Part shown: in pieces, positions 48,743-58,600 of the stretch | Numbering within the stretch: position 1 is the first letter of the stretch | Layout of the letters: every line of letters starts with the position of its first letter | Source of the DNA: a virus | Taxonomy: Duplodnaviria; Caudoviricetes | DNA length: 64,000 bases | Direction: 5' to 3' (one strand) | Virus record (IMG/VR): IMGVR_UViG_3300011989_000257 | Location: 320,001 to 384,000 of that record | Translations under genes and position numbers: made by a program | The notes under the pieces: generated by a model | What the model was told of the DNA's origin: nothing | Databases searched by the model: none | Seen by the model: the letters and a program-made list of their open reading frames with translations, nothing else

Positions 48743-50149
48743 TTATTTTTTATCGTTTTTACTTGCTAAAAAAACTTCTTTTTGAATATTTAGTTTAGTT
48801 TCTTCTTGTTTTTGTTTAAGTTCGAACAAACTATCCAATTCATTAACATTATCAGTACTTATACGGCATGTTCCATTGTTAAATTCCACATTGTTAAAGA
48901 CTTTTCCAGACTTTCCTGCACGATTTTTCAATATTGCAATAGTTGCTTTGTTATTGGCGATATCATCCACTGTCCTTGCAATTGACAATATAATGTGGGC
49001 AATCTGTGCTTTCTTAACTGACCCACCAATTTTATCCATTGTAACAAGTTCAAGATTGATTGAATCTTTAGTACCTTGAGATGGAATCCACATTGCAATA
49101 TTGAGTTCACCAACCATTGCCTCGAATATTCTCATTGTCTTGCCTTCTTTTTCAAACTCATTACTTGCATCACGGCTTGGTTCATGTGCAAGACATTCAA
49201 AGTAATCCACTATAACAAGGTCAGGTTTAAACCCACTATTCGTAAGTTTGATAATGAACCTTTTGATGTCTCTTGCAGTCTTTTCACCACTTGGAAATTT
49301 AACAATTCTAAGATTCTCGTTAAGTTTATCCTTATCTGGGAAATTCTCTATAGCAGCCTTTACCAAATCAATGTTATCTGGTTTTGATAAATCTTTTGCT
49401 TCAACCCCAGTAATACGTCCAAGATGCTTTCTTTGAATCTGCTTGATTCTATCCTCAAACACTATTTGCAATACCTTCCAACCATTACATGCAGCATGGG
49501 AAGCCATTGCAGTAGTCATACTACTTTTTCCGAATCCTGAAGGACCGATTATAACACCTAACTCTCCCTTGCCAAGACCTCCTTCAAGTGTTTCATCAAT
49601 TTTGCCAATACCAGTTGGAATTGGTATTCTATAATCATCTGATAAGGTTTCGTTTATATGGTCAAATGGTTTTTCGCCAAAATCATTATGTAATCCTTGC
49701 GTCATTGCATCATTTAGCAACCCCACACATGCATCATACTTATCAGTATCACCATTCCCAGCAATTCTTAATATTTCATTAGCTGTCTTTACAATATTCT
49801 GTTGCCTAAAGAACTTCTCAGCCTTCTCCCTTATTCTATCCACACCTTCACTTGTGGTATTTTTAATCTTTTCAATAATTGCGAGATATGTTTCAATCTC
49901 TTTGTCAGAGTGTGAAATATCTCGCAATTCAATTTCCATCATTTCATAAGAAGGGACATTACCCTCTCTTTCGAAATAATTTTTCATAACACCAACAAAT
50001 GTCTTGAGGTTTGGGTCAGTAAACATATTCTGGTCTACTATACTGCACAAATCCTCAAAAAAAGTGTGGTTTTCCATAAACTCATGAGCTAGTCTATATT
50101 GAAATTTTTCTCCTAGAAATCCTAGGTCTTTCTTGTTATTTTGAGCCAT
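48743..50149 (-). CDS. Replicative DNA helicase (DnaB/T4 gp41-like)
   Basis: PTGI..ID..L.GGLGKGELGVIIGPSGFGKS, VIVDY, SQ, KNRAG. Confidence 0.93.
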   Translation of the reverse strand: MAQNNKKDLGFLGEKFQYRLAHEFMENHTFFEDLCSIVDQNMFTDPNLKTFVGVMKNYFEREGNVPSYEMMEIELRDISHSDKEIETYLAIIEKIKNTTSEGVDRIREKAEKFFRQQNIVKTANEILRIAGNGDTDKYDACVGLLNDAMTQGLHNDFGEKPFDHINETLSDDYRIPIPTGIGKIDETLEGGLGKGELGVIIGPSGFGKSSMTTAMASHAACNGWKVLQIVFEDRIKQIQRKHLGRITGVEAKDLSKPDNIDLVKAAIENFPDKDKLNENLRIVKFPSGEKTARDIKRFIIKLTNSGFKPDLVIVDYFECLAHEPSRDASNEFEKEGKTMRIFEAMVGELNIAMWIPSQGTKDSINLELVTMDKIGGSVKKAQIAHIILSIARTVDDIANNKATIAILKNRAGKSGKVFNNVEFNNGTCRISTDNVNELDSLFELKQKQEETKLNIQKEVFLASKNDKK

Positions 50150-50183
50150 TAAAAACCACTCTTTTTAAATCAAATTATTTTCC

Positions 50184-50960
50184 TTAGAATAAATTCTTAA
50201 AATAACGATTGGTCTTAGCCATAACTGAGCGTTCCCAATCTTTTTCAATTTTTTTGTTCGCCAAATTTAGACTATAAGCGTATTTCTTTGTTTTTCCATT
50301 TGCATCTTTGCCATAGTCATCAATTACAGTGTACTTGCTGAGATATTTATTATTCTCCTTCCAATCAAAATATCCCTTATCTTTTATTTCTTCCCTTGAT
50401 GGTGAACAAGCCTCACAAATTTTCTTGGTAATCTGTAACAATACATCTGGCTTATCAATTATCATTTTCTTCAATACTTCATGTTCGAATGATAATCTCC
50501 CATCATTTGCCTTAAAAAACGACTCCTTATCATACGAGAATGACTGGCCTTCCTTATTAGTTACCTTGACGTTTTTATTGCTAAGGTCAACTTTATCACG
50601 AATAAACTTAGGATAAGCATATCCGTCCCAAATCCTAGTGATTACATCCCTTTTATTATCCGATATTACAATCTTGAATGTGCAAACCCAAGGGTCAAGT
50701 GGCTTCCCTGCAAATTCTTCAAATGCGTCTTTTTCATTGGGATTAAAATAACACCATGTATAAACACGACTTTTAGACTTCAAGTCATCGTCAATCAACT
50801 TCACAATACCATCAACAGTTTCCTTGAACTCCAATGTATTCATACTGTTTTCAATGAAATTGAAAATTCTGAAATTTCTTTTACAAATAATGTTATCATT
50901 TACATAGATTGTAAATTCAAATCTCTCTTCTTTGTAATCCTTAGTTTCTTTAGTTTCCAT
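50184..50960 (-). CDS. Hypothetical phage protein
   Basis: 258-aa ORF co-transcribed with the helicase. Confidence 0.75.
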   Translation of the reverse strand: METKETKDYKEERFEFTIYVNDNIICKRNFRIFNFIENSMNTLEFKETVDGIVKLIDDDLKSKSRVYTWCYFNPNEKDAFEEFAGKPLDPWVCTFKIVISDNKRDVITRIWDGYAYPKFIRDKVDLSNKNVKVTNKEGQSFSYDKESFFKANDGRLSFEHEVLKKMIIDKPDVLLQITKKICEACSPSREEIKDKGYFDWKENNKYLSKYTVIDDYGKDANGKTKKYAYSLNLANKKIEKDWERSVMAKTNRYFKNLF

Positions 50961-51006
50961 AAATTAAAAATTGTTAAAAGTTAAACATATTTGTTAAATT
51001 GTGTTG

Positions 51007-51038
51007 CAAAGATATATAAAATTTGTTAAAATTCCAAA
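51007..51038 (-). promoter_or_regulatory. Bacteroidota-type promoter
   Basis: TTTG-N20-TATCTTTG. Confidence 0.85.
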
Positions 51039-51039
51039 T

Positions 51040-51309
51040 TTAAAGACCAAAATGTTTAAAAAAAGGCTTAACTAAAACTGAACCACGAAATAAGCAATTA
51101 CTAAAGCAATTTGGTATAGTTTCGTATTTATCCAATATTATTGTAATATCATTAATTCTTCCTTCATCTGCCAATTTTATTAATTTCTTTACTCGTGTCT
51201 TGTCATTTCTAACATTTGGAAAATAATAAAGAATCAATGTTACTTTCCTATATAACATGTAATTGGATTTTATATTTTTCTTTAAGAACTTACTTAACTC
51301 TTCAATCAT
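51040..51309 (-). CDS. Hypothetical protein (paralog of 51306..51641)
   Basis: Shared YYFPN, PN and FKHF.L ending. Confidence 0.65.
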   Translation of the reverse strand: MIEELSKFLKKNIKSNYMLYRKVTLILYYFPNVRNDKTRVKKLIKLADEGRINDITIILDKYETIPNCFSNCLFRGSVLVKPFFKHFGL

Positions 51310-51641
51310 AGATTAAAATGCTTAAAAATATCGTCAATTGAAATATATCTAGTCTCATCCCATGAATTGGGAACAAATTCTCTGCCATTAATTTTTTCAT
51401 ACACTTTGTCAAAAATCTTACATCTTGGGTCTTCATTTCTTAGGTATATGTATGTTTCGTCTGCATACTCCATTGCAGTTTCGAAATCATCTAATGATAT
51501 GCCATATAATATATTGGGGAAATAATATACCAATATTTTAGTCCTATTGTACTTCTTAAAATCCTTATTCTTTAATAGCCTTTTCAGATAATTCCTTAGC
51601 CATTCACATTTATTAATCTCAATTCTTTTCTCTAGCTGCAT
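51306..51641 (-). CDS. Hypothetical protein (paralog of 51040..51309)
   Basis: Shared YYFPN, PN and FKHF.L ending. Confidence 0.65.
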   Translation of the reverse strand: MQLEKRIEINKCEWLRNYLKRLLKNKDFKKYNRTKILVYYFPNILYGISLDDFETAMEYADETYIYLRNEDPRCKIFDKVYEKINGREFVPNSWDETRYISIDDIFKHFNL

Positions 51642-52788
51642 AATCTCTAAATCTTTTGTTTTCCATCATCTGTATTCTATCAAACGGTTCTAAAATACTA
51701 CCGAACTTATCCTCATCAAGAATATCATTCACTTTGTTCTCACTTACTATTTTGTAAATATTCTTTATACTCCTATCAGATGTATCCATTGGAGCATGGA
51801 ATTCATCATCCATTGTTTGTTTCGCTTCATCGGTCAATAGAGGCTCAGATAAATCTATTATCTTCTCATTAATCTCATATAATCTATTTCCTTGGCATCC
51901 ATCTGTAACCCCATTAATGATATTTTCAAGCGATTTGAGGGGTTTTTTCTTCTCTGCCTTCCTCTCATCAAGCAACTCCCTAGAACGCCTCATAATGAAC
52001 TCCAAATCGATTTTTTCTTTCTCTATCTCTGGAAATAACTTCCTCAATGTTTCACTACCAACACCCTTAACACCTTTAATGTTGTCGGATACATCACCAC
52101 ATATTATTTTCTCTAACACGACATTTTCCGATAAGATGCCTATTTCTTCTTTTGCGTTTTCCTTTGTGATAAACTTTCTTTTCCTTGGGTTATATATGAT
52201 TACAGTATCAGAAATAAGTTGTGTAAGGTCTTTATCTGATGAAACAATAACTATTTTTTCATCTTCTTTCTTGGAATGTACATAATAGCTTATAATATCA
52301 TCGCCCTCCACATTCTCAAACTCATATTGTCTTATACAAAGTTCGTCCAATATTCTCTGGAGTATTTCCTTCTGTCTTGCAAAACTCTCTTCTTCACTTT
52401 CCTTGTCACATTTCTCCCTAGAATATTTCAGCACATTCCTCGTATAGTTCTCTATGTATTTGTCATAATCACTCTTATTTGGGTTATGTAATTCATAGTT
52501 CTTATCCCTATTTGCCTTATAATCTTTATAATATTGATACCTAAGAACACCACTACCTTCATCATCATATGCAACTATGCAATAGTCAAAATCTTTCTTT
52601 CTAAGTATATCGCCTATTAGTCTCAATGATGTTAATATTATGCCGTATTCCTTTCCGTCATTGTTCATCTTATGGTCAACAGATGCAATCTTCAAGATAT
52701 TGTTTCCATCTATTAGTAATGTATATTTATACTTCTTTGTATCAATTTTATTTGCTTCAGCTACTCGTTTTCTAATTGGTTGTATCAT
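51619..52788 (-). CDS. 5'-3' exonuclease/flap endonuclease (T4 RNase H-like)
   Basis: LLIDGNN, YKANR, EGDDII, VSSDKDLTQL, GDVSDNIKGVKGVG. Confidence 0.93.
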   Translation of the reverse strand: MIQPIRKRVAEANKIDTKKYKYTLLIDGNNILKIASVDHKMNNDGKEYGIILTSLRLIGDILRKKDFDYCIVAYDDEGSGVLRYQYYKDYKANRDKNYELHNPNKSDYDKYIENYTRNVLKYSREKCDKESEEESFARQKEILQRILDELCIRQYEFENVEGDDIISYYVHSKKEDEKIVIVSSDKDLTQLISDTVIIYNPRKRKFITKENAKEEIGILSENVVLEKIICGDVSDNIKGVKGVGSETLRKLFPEIEKEKIDLEFIMRRSRELLDERKAEKKKPLKSLENIINGVTDGCQGNRLYEINEKIIDLSEPLLTDEAKQTMDDEFHAPMDTSDRSIKNIYKIVSENKVNDILDEDKFGSILEPFDRIQMMENKRFRDYAAREKN

Positions 52789-53149
52789 ATCTAACTACTC
52801 TTGTTGGTAAGTTTTTTTCAGTCATTATATCAATCATATGTTTTGTTCCTTTAGATTGCCCATCCCAAAATGCAATGAGGCCATCGGCAACCTCTGCCAT
52901 TTGTTCATTACGTCTATATCCTGCTCGTTTTCCATACTTATCCCATTGTGCTGGATAAATCTCCATTGAGAATCCCTCATCTTGAGCATACTTCTCTCCC
53001 AATAGGTCTGCTCCACGTGCATGACCACTTACGATGATAATATCGCAAGTCTTTCTCTTATCACGTAAGTACTTATTACACTGCTCTTTAAGTAGTTTAT
53101 AATTACTAAAACCACGAGAGCCTGCGATAATCACTTTAAAATTATCCAT
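52772..53149 (-). CDS. SLOG-superfamily YspA/DUF2493-like protein
   Basis: IIAGSR, IVSGHARGAD, W..YGKRAG..RN..MA, AFWDG.SKGT.HMI. Confidence 0.88.
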   Translation of the reverse strand: MDNFKVIIAGSRGFSNYKLLKEQCNKYLRDKRKTCDIIIVSGHARGADLLGEKYAQDEGFSMEIYPAQWDKYGKRAGYRRNEQMAEVADGLIAFWDGQSKGTKHMIDIMTEKNLPTRVVRYDTTN

Positions 53150-53169
53150 TCATCTATTATAATTTAATG

Positions 53170-53201
53170 CAAAGATATACAAAAAATGTTAAATTTCCAA
53201 A
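53170..53201 (-). promoter_or_regulatory. Bacteroidota-type promoter, back-to-back with a plus-strand TATTTAT motif (53211-53217)
   Basis: TTTG-N20-TATCTTTG. Confidence 0.85.
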
Positions 53202-53238
53202 TAAAATTAATATTTATTGTTAAAAATATTTTTTTAAA

Positions 53239-54516
53239 ATGAACATAAATATTACAGAAAACCAATATAACAATCTTATAATAAATGAAGCAGAAAACGT
53301 TGCATATAACAGAAGTAATGCTAAAGAACCTAATTTAAAAGCTATTTGGGCTGCAATTGATTCAAAACAAAAAATGCTTCAACAAGAAGTATTTGGTGAA
53401 CTTAGTGAGAAAATATATGACATCACTATGGAAAAGGCTAAGTCAATGGGCGAGGAATATATGCAAATACCCAATAACATTTGTAATGCTGGTAATGACA
53501 AATTACCATCTAGTGTGCTTATAATAAATATGTCATCATCATTAATGTGTCCTTCATATTATTTAGGCATATGTACAATCACAAATGGCGCTTGTTATGC
53601 GCAAAGAGCAGAAAATCAATATTCAGCAAAAGGTAAATCTAGTGTGTTGACCAATAGATGGAAAACTGACTTAATGCACACACAAATGTTGCAACAATAT
53701 CAGCACGGAAACAAAAAACCAATGAAAGATTATTTTAATCTGATTGAAACATATATACAACTTGGTAATGCATATTCAGAAAACCTTTACAAAAAAGAAC
53801 TTCAACGAATGCAACTAAGATTAGGAAGAGAATTGACACAACAAGAAAAAAATTTTCTAAGAATACAACAATCAGAAAATAAGATAACTGATGTACGTAT
53901 CAATGAAACAGGTGATTTCCAATGCCAACTTGCAGTTGACCTATGGAGTAAATTTGCTGCAAAAATAAAGAAAAAATATGGTATAAACACACATGCATAT
54001 ACAGCTAGAAACCTAGATTTTTCAAAAGCAGTTGGAAATATGGCAATAAACCCTTCACACGAAGGAATTAATCTAGGAAATGTACAGCCTAGAATGTTCA
54101 AAGCAGTTGGGGAAAAATTCTACAATAGTTTACAAGGTGGAGACCAAGTTAAAAACAGACAACCTATACTAGGTGAAATTAACGGTAAATTCTTCTATAA
54201 GTGCCCTTGCAGCAGAGGTGAAACACACTGTGACCAATGTGGTGTATGCTTCGCAAAAAATCAAACAGGAAAGCCATATACAATATATGTCAAATATCAT
54301 GGATTAATTGCTGCAAATGGTTTTAAAAACTTATTCAAAAAAGATGAAATAGAAAATGTAATAGAGAAACTTTATCAAAATGGTTGGATAACAGAAGAAG
54401 AATATAAATCATACAATTCTCCAAAACAACAAAACTTCTTGAACAAAATATCAGCAAACATAGAAAAACAACGAAATCAAAAGGTAAAGACAAAAAGAAA
54501 AAAGGCTAAGAAATAA
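53239..54516 (+). CDS. Gp88-like Cys-cluster (Fe-S/Zn) protein with an N-terminal ITE.Q leader
   Basis: GNDKL, CPS...C.....CYA, VRINETGDF, AYT, CPC...CDQCGVC, YHG. Confidence 0.7.
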   Translation: MNINITENQYNNLIINEAENVAYNRSNAKEPNLKAIWAAIDSKQKMLQQEVFGELSEKIYDITMEKAKSMGEEYMQIPNNICNAGNDKLPSSVLIINMSSSLMCPSYYLGICTITNGACYAQRAENQYSAKGKSSVLTNRWKTDLMHTQMLQQYQHGNKKPMKDYFNLIETYIQLGNAYSENLYKKELQRMQLRLGRELTQQEKNFLRIQQSENKITDVRINETGDFQCQLAVDLWSKFAAKIKKKYGINTHAYTARNLDFSKAVGNMAINPSHEGINLGNVQPRMFKAVGEKFYNSLQGGDQVKNRQPILGEINGKFFYKCPCSRGETHCDQCGVCFAKNQTGKPYTIYVKYHGLIAANGFKNLFKKDEIENVIEKLYQNGWITEEEYKSYNSPKQQNFLNKISANIEKQRNQKVKTKRKKAKK

Positions 54517-54528
54517 TCTTAGCCTTTA
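54499..54528. terminator. Bidirectional hairpin terminator
   Basis: AAAAGGCTAAGA-AATAA-TCTTAGCCTTTT. Confidence 0.75.
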
Positions 54529-54544
54529 TATTTTTCATCAAATT

Positions 54545-54724
54545 TTAAAACTCCCAGCCAAGCCATTGCTTTTTACCATGACCGCCAACCTCATCATCAC
54601 CAATCTTTTTGTTCTTGATGCGAAGCCACTTATTCATCTGCTTTTTAGCCCATTTGTAGGACTTGCGCTTACGTCTCTTCTCAGAGTACATATAAGGCTC
54701 TAACTGTTCTCTAAATAATGCCAT
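54545..54724 (-). CDS. Small highly basic Lys/Arg/Trp-rich protein (59 aa, below the track cutoff)
   Basis: MALFREQLEPYMYSEKRRKRKSYKWAKKQMNKWLRIKNKKIGDDEVGGHGKKQWLGWEF; starts 1 nt after the upstream stop. Confidence 0.65.
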   Translation of the reverse strand: MALFREQLEPYMYSEKRRKRKSYKWAKKQMNKWLRIKNKKIGDDEVGGHGKKQWLGWEF

Positions 54725-54725
54725 A

Positions 54726-54962
54726 TTATTTCTTTTTTCTTAAGTCAACAAACTTTATCCTCTCATTCTTAGGATTTGTGTTTGTAAGCTTCACAACAAT
54801 ATTGTCATTACACTTCTGTGCATCCATTGGAGGAAAAACAATAGGACGATACTGCACGTCTGTATTCAATGCAGAAAAAAACTCAGATAAATTAACTCCT
54901 ACACTGCCACTGTCAAGTCTAATACCATGACATAGAGGCAATAAACATAATATCTTTTCCAT
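54726..54962 (-). CDS. Hypothetical protein
   Basis: Start reassigned to MEKIL (54962), downstream of the promoter at 54984-55014. Confidence 0.6.
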   Translation of the reverse strand: MEKILCLLPLCHGIRLDSGSVGVNLSEFFSALNTDVQYRPIVFPPMDAQKCNDNIVVKLTNTNPKNERIKFVDLRKKK

Positions 54963-54983
54963 TTTTTTTAATTTTTTGCATTG

Positions 54984-55031
54984 CAAATGTACGAAAAAAA
55001 GTTGGATTAACAAAATTCTAATCCAACTTTT
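54984..55031 (-). promoter_or_regulatory. Fused terminator and Bacteroidota-type promoter
   Basis: AAAAGTTGGATTAGAATTTTGTTAATCCAACTTTTTTTCGTACATTTG: the hairpin loop carries TTTG, 19-nt spacer, TACATTTG. Confidence 0.8.
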
Positions 55032-55039
55032 AACATTTA

Positions 55040-56191
55040 TTATCTCCAATACATCCCTAAAGGTTTATTCTTCAAAACCCTAATAAGTTGTTCGTTTAGG
55101 TCTCCTTGGTTCTTCATTAGATTCCAAGGAAGCATCCTTTCCAACCTCTCCTTTAAGTCATTAAGAACAGCCTCCTTCTCAGACTTTCCTTGCTCAAGGA
55201 AAATAGAATAGTCCAATTTCATCTCAGCTTGCGGTATTTTAACCTCACCACTAGCATAACCACGAATATTTCCAAGCAGTATCTTAGCCTCTGCAACAAG
55301 CAAACGTCTTATAATCTGCTGTGTTGGATAGTTCATCAATTCATATTTCATCTTATCCAACGGAACTTGGTCTGGGGTTATAATTACATCGTCCTTGTTC
55401 TCTATCATACAAAGGTCTGCGTCTTCAGCACTGCCACTCACATCATAGTATGTATACCAAACATAGCAATTAGCATACTTATTCCACCCCCAAGTATCAT
55501 CAGCAGCAATACCGCCAACCATATTTGGAGAACCAGGAACGGACATTAAGTGTACTAAATGCGTACCTTCTGGTCCCGCTGTTACTTTGTAAGCCAAATC
55601 GCCTCTAAGTAATGAGTTCTTAAATTTCAAGTCAACTGACATGAGAGCTGTATCATATGCAGAACCTACATAGAAGCCTGTTATGCCCATGCCATTTCCC
55701 ATATTTCCATATTGACCAAAACCACCACCGATTCCTGTATCAAGCGTACCTAGATTACCATACAATGCTGCCTTAGTAGTAGAAGGTGTAACATACATTA
55801 CTTTATTAATTTCTCTTCCTGCAGGTATTACATATACTTGTTTCCCTCTTTCTACTTGGAAGAAATCTTTTTTAAGTTCATAATTCCCACGTTGTTGTAA
55901 CCCAACTTCTCTACTAAACCAATATGAATAATCACGTGACCAATCCATTGTACGGACTGTCATAGCATATGCTAATTCGTTTGCGTTTTGGAACTGTATT
56001 TGGTTTTTACTTTGTAAATTAAGCCATTGTGTCTCAAGAACCCAATTCTGCACCTTTTCAGCATAATCACCTATTGCAATATCTAGTAAATCACACAATT
56101 GTTCATCTTCAAGTTGAACAGGACGTATTGGAGCACCCATTGTTGTTCTAACCAATTTAAACAAATGTTTTAAGTCTTCAGTTAATACCAT
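55040..56191 (-). CDS. Neck/head-completion protein (T4 gp13-like)
   Basis: MGAPIRPVQLEDEQL..., AKILLG.IRG..SG, L..G..EK..L...L; preceded by TATTTAT. Confidence 0.8.
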   Translation of the reverse strand: MVLTEDLKHLFKLVRTTMGAPIRPVQLEDEQLCDLLDIAIGDYAEKVQNWVLETQWLNLQSKNQIQFQNANELAYAMTVRTMDWSRDYSYWFSREVGLQQRGNYELKKDFFQVERGKQVYVIPAGREINKVMYVTPSTTKAALYGNLGTLDTGIGGGFGQYGNMGNGMGITGFYVGSAYDTALMSVDLKFKNSLLRGDLAYKVTAGPEGTHLVHLMSVPGSPNMVGGIAADDTWGWNKYANCYVWYTYYDVSGSAEDADLCMIENKDDVIITPDQVPLDKMKYELMNYPTQQIIRRLLVAEAKILLGNIRGYASGEVKIPQAEMKLDYSIFLEQGKSEKEAVLNDLKERLERMLPWNLMKNQGDLNEQLIRVLKNKPLGMYWR

Positions 56192-56230
56192 AGTTTTTTT
56201 TTTAATATTTACTATAAATATTTACCAAAT

Positions 56231-56263
56231 AAAAAAAGCAGCAAGATTTCTATTGCTGCTTTT
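56231..56263 (-). terminator. Intrinsic terminator
   Basis: AAAAGCAGCAATAGAAATCTTGCTGCTTTTTTT. Confidence 0.8.
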
Positions 56264-56403
56264 ATGTTTCTTCGTTTATTTCTTCTTCAGCTTCTCGTTT
56301 TATGAAAAGCCTCATATATTTTTTTCTCCATTTGCTCCACATATGCTGTCTATCAGACTTATAATCCCTTTCACCTAGAAATGAATAAGACCTAAACGCA
56401 TAT

Positions 56404-56667
56404 TTAGTTTTTCTTTTCATTGGAAACCTTTTCATACCTTAATCTATGATTTGCCCTTATTTTACGTATTACTTCATCATGACTCATTCCATAATGCCGT
56501 GTAAATTCTCGTTCTGCTCTACAATCTTCTCTGATAAAGTTTTCAAACTTGAAATTATCTGACCAAGAATTATAATATTCCCATTTCTGTAATTCTCCTT
56601 TACACCACTCATCAGAATCTATCCCATAAGAATTTGCTATTCTCTTAATTTCATCAAGTAGTTCCAT
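56404..56667 (-). CDS. Hypothetical protein
   Basis: Coupled ORF. Confidence 0.6.
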   Translation of the reverse strand: MELLDEIKRIANSYGIDSDEWCKGELQKWEYYNSWSDNFKFENFIREDCRAEREFTRHYGMSHDEVIRKIRANHRLRYEKVSNEKKN

Positions 56668-57049
56668 TTTTTATGTGCTCCATTTTTTCCTTAATCAATC
56701 TTCTCTGTAATTTCTTTGCAATTATATCCCCATGACAAGGTTTTGGTTTGCAAAAGCATTGCAAGTAAACATCCTCTCCATTCTTATAATGCTTATATAT
56801 TTCATCAAATGCCTTTGTGAATTCTTCATTATTTCCATACATCTTATCGAAGTATTTATCATAGGCTTCAATGGCTTCTTCCCTTGTTTTAAAAGTAAGT
56901 GTTTTGAATACGCTTCTAACCCCATTATGGGAAAATGGATTGCCTAATGGACTACCTCTGCCTATATAGAAATTGTTAGGCTTATTTGTAAAATCTTCTT
57001 GATGACTATTATAAACGTATATCATTCCTTTGTCTTTGTTAATTTCCAC
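56654..57049 (-). CDS. DUF4326-domain protein
   Basis: YIGRGSPLGNPF, REEAIEAY, LQCFCKPKPCHGD. Confidence 0.88.
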   Translation of the reverse strand: MEINKDKGMIYVYNSHQEDFTNKPNNFYIGRGSPLGNPFSHNGVRSVFKTLTFKTREEAIEAYDKYFDKMYGNNEEFTKAFDEIYKHYKNGEDVYLQCFCKPKPCHGDIIAKKLQRRLIKEKMEHIKNGTT

Positions 57050-57525
57050 TTATTATATGATAAAGCATCCCAAGGAGAAAGATACTTGTTATAGTTTGAG
57101 ATATTTCCCTTAATAAATTCATGCCATTTTTTTATAAGTCTTAAAGTCCAATATCGTTTATATCCAATTTTACTTGGAATCTCGGCATTCTCTCTCTCAA
57201 GGTATCTATTTTTCTTTTTTGTCGTACCTATAATTGATGGCATGTAATACAAAAGGTATCTCATAAAAGATGAAAGAGAAGTACAATATGATGATTCCCC
57301 ATACTTACCAAGATGATTGGCTGTATAAACGGTGTTATGCATGATTCTTTCAGCAAAAGTATTCTCAATTTCATGCACTTCTTTCTTTTCATCAATTCGC
57401 TTTCTCCACAAATATTCATTTTGCTTATTTCGTACATTGATACGTATTTCAGTCATCAAAGCTAATCTCTCATTTGGTGTAACTCCGTTTTTTAGGAATA
57501 ATTTAAATACTTCAGTAGGTGTCAT
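57022..57525 (-). CDS. Hypothetical protein (paralog of 57522..58004)
   Basis: MT.T.V..LF.K....E; KW..F.K.NI. Confidence 0.7.
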   Translation of the reverse strand: MTPTEVFKLFLKNGVTPNERLALMTEIRINVRNKQNEYLWRKRIDEKKEVHEIENTFAERIMHNTVYTANHLGKYGESSYCTSLSSFMRYLLYYMPSIIGTTKKKNRYLERENAEIPSKIGYKRYWTLRLIKKWHEFIKGNISNYNKYLSPWDALSYNKWKLTKTKE

Positions 57526-58004
57526 TTAATTTTTAATTTAAATTTATAGTTTTCTCCCTTTTTAAAAGGACTGTTGAATTTTTTATTGCTTTCTATATTT
57601 TCTTTTAAGAACTGTTTCCATTTTCTTTTATAGTAGTTTACATACATGCCACTATTCCAACTTTTGAAAATACATGGTCTATAAAAAGGTTCATACTCAT
57701 CATACACCAAATATCTCCTCCCTTCATTACGTTTATTAAAATCAATCTTGATAGATTTCCATCTAGGGTTTTCATAACGTTTTAGAGTTAAGTTAGGCGC
57801 AAGTATGAATAACCTAGTCATGTAGTTGTTTAAAGCCCTTCCATTCCTAGATAGATAATCTTCAACAAACGTTGAAGTGTACAGTGGTCTTTTCCTAAAA
57901 TATTTATTGCCATTGTCCTTCAATATAATGTGTTTGAAAAACCTCATTTCCTCAATGGTACAACATTCCTTAAAGAAAAGAAATAATACTTGTGTAGCTG
58001 TCAT
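57522..58004 (-). CDS. Hypothetical protein (paralog of 57022..57525)
   Basis: Same conserved N- and C-terminal patterns. Confidence 0.7.
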   Translation of the reverse strand: MTATQVLFLFFKECCTIEEMRFFKHIILKDNGNKYFRKRPLYTSTFVEDYLSRNGRALNNYMTRLFILAPNLTLKRYENPRWKSIKIDFNKRNEGRRYLVYDEYEPFYRPCIFKSWNSGMYVNYYKRKWKQFLKENIESNKKFNSPFKKGENYKFKLKIK

Positions 58005-58021
58005 TAATATTACTTTTTAAG

Positions 58022-58053
58022 CAAAGATATATAAAAAAAACATAAATAACAAA
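58022..58053 (-). promoter_or_regulatory. Bacteroidota-type promoter
   Basis: TTTG-N20-TATCTTTG. Confidence 0.85.
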
Positions 58054-58055
58054 TT

Positions 58056-58226
58056 TTAGAATAAATTTTTATTTTCTTCTAAACTTTCATATAATTCTTT
58101 AACATCTTCCCTAGTTAACATAATATCATCAATATAATGCCCATACTTATCATACACTGTAAGCGTATAATTTCTCTCGTACTTATCGTACTTCAACTCG
58201 ATTTTATCATTACTAATTATATCCAT
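58056..58226 (-). CDS. Small hypothetical protein (56 aa, below the track cutoff)
   Basis: MDIISNDKIELKYDKYERNYTLTVYDKYGHYIDDIMLTREDVKELYESLEENKNLF; TATTTAT upstream. Confidence 0.6.
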   Translation of the reverse strand: MDIISNDKIELKYDKYERNYTLTVYDKYGHYIDDIMLTREDVKELYESLEENKNLF

Positions 58227-58367
58227 ATTACTTAATTTTTAGAATAAATATAACCATAATCCCAAAAAGAAAAATGCTGACCATCTTCACAGATAATCAG
58301 CATCTTTTGTGGCATATAAACCACTAAAACAACCTTTTAAATTTTATTTCTTATCCAAAAAAAAATC

Positions 58368-58571
58368 TTAATCCCAACCCCAAATCTCGTGAGACATTGG
58401 AAATCTCATAGACATACGTTTCAACAGTTCATCCGTGAACCACTTCTTCTTACGGAAAAACCACTTAAACTTCTTATGGTCACTGCTCATTACATGTGCC
58501 CTCCAACTCTTCTTATGCGGCATCTTATGCCAAAACCTTTTGGGGGTATTGTATTTCTTACCTTTTGACAT
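58368..58571 (-). CDS. Small basic Lys/Arg/Trp-rich protein
   Basis: 67 aa, ends IWGWD; downstream of the tRNAs. Confidence 0.65.
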   Translation of the reverse strand: MSKGKKYNTPKRFWHKMPHKKSWRAHVMSSDHKKFKWFFRKKKWFTDELLKRMSMRFPMSHEIWGWD

Positions 58572-58600
58572 ATTGCTATTATATATGCGTATATAAACAG

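Noticed and set aside
46363-50149. Introns or inteins in nrdD or the helicase
   Set aside because: Both ORFs are continuous and of normal length, with no intein splice motifs or LAGLIDADG/HNH insertions seen
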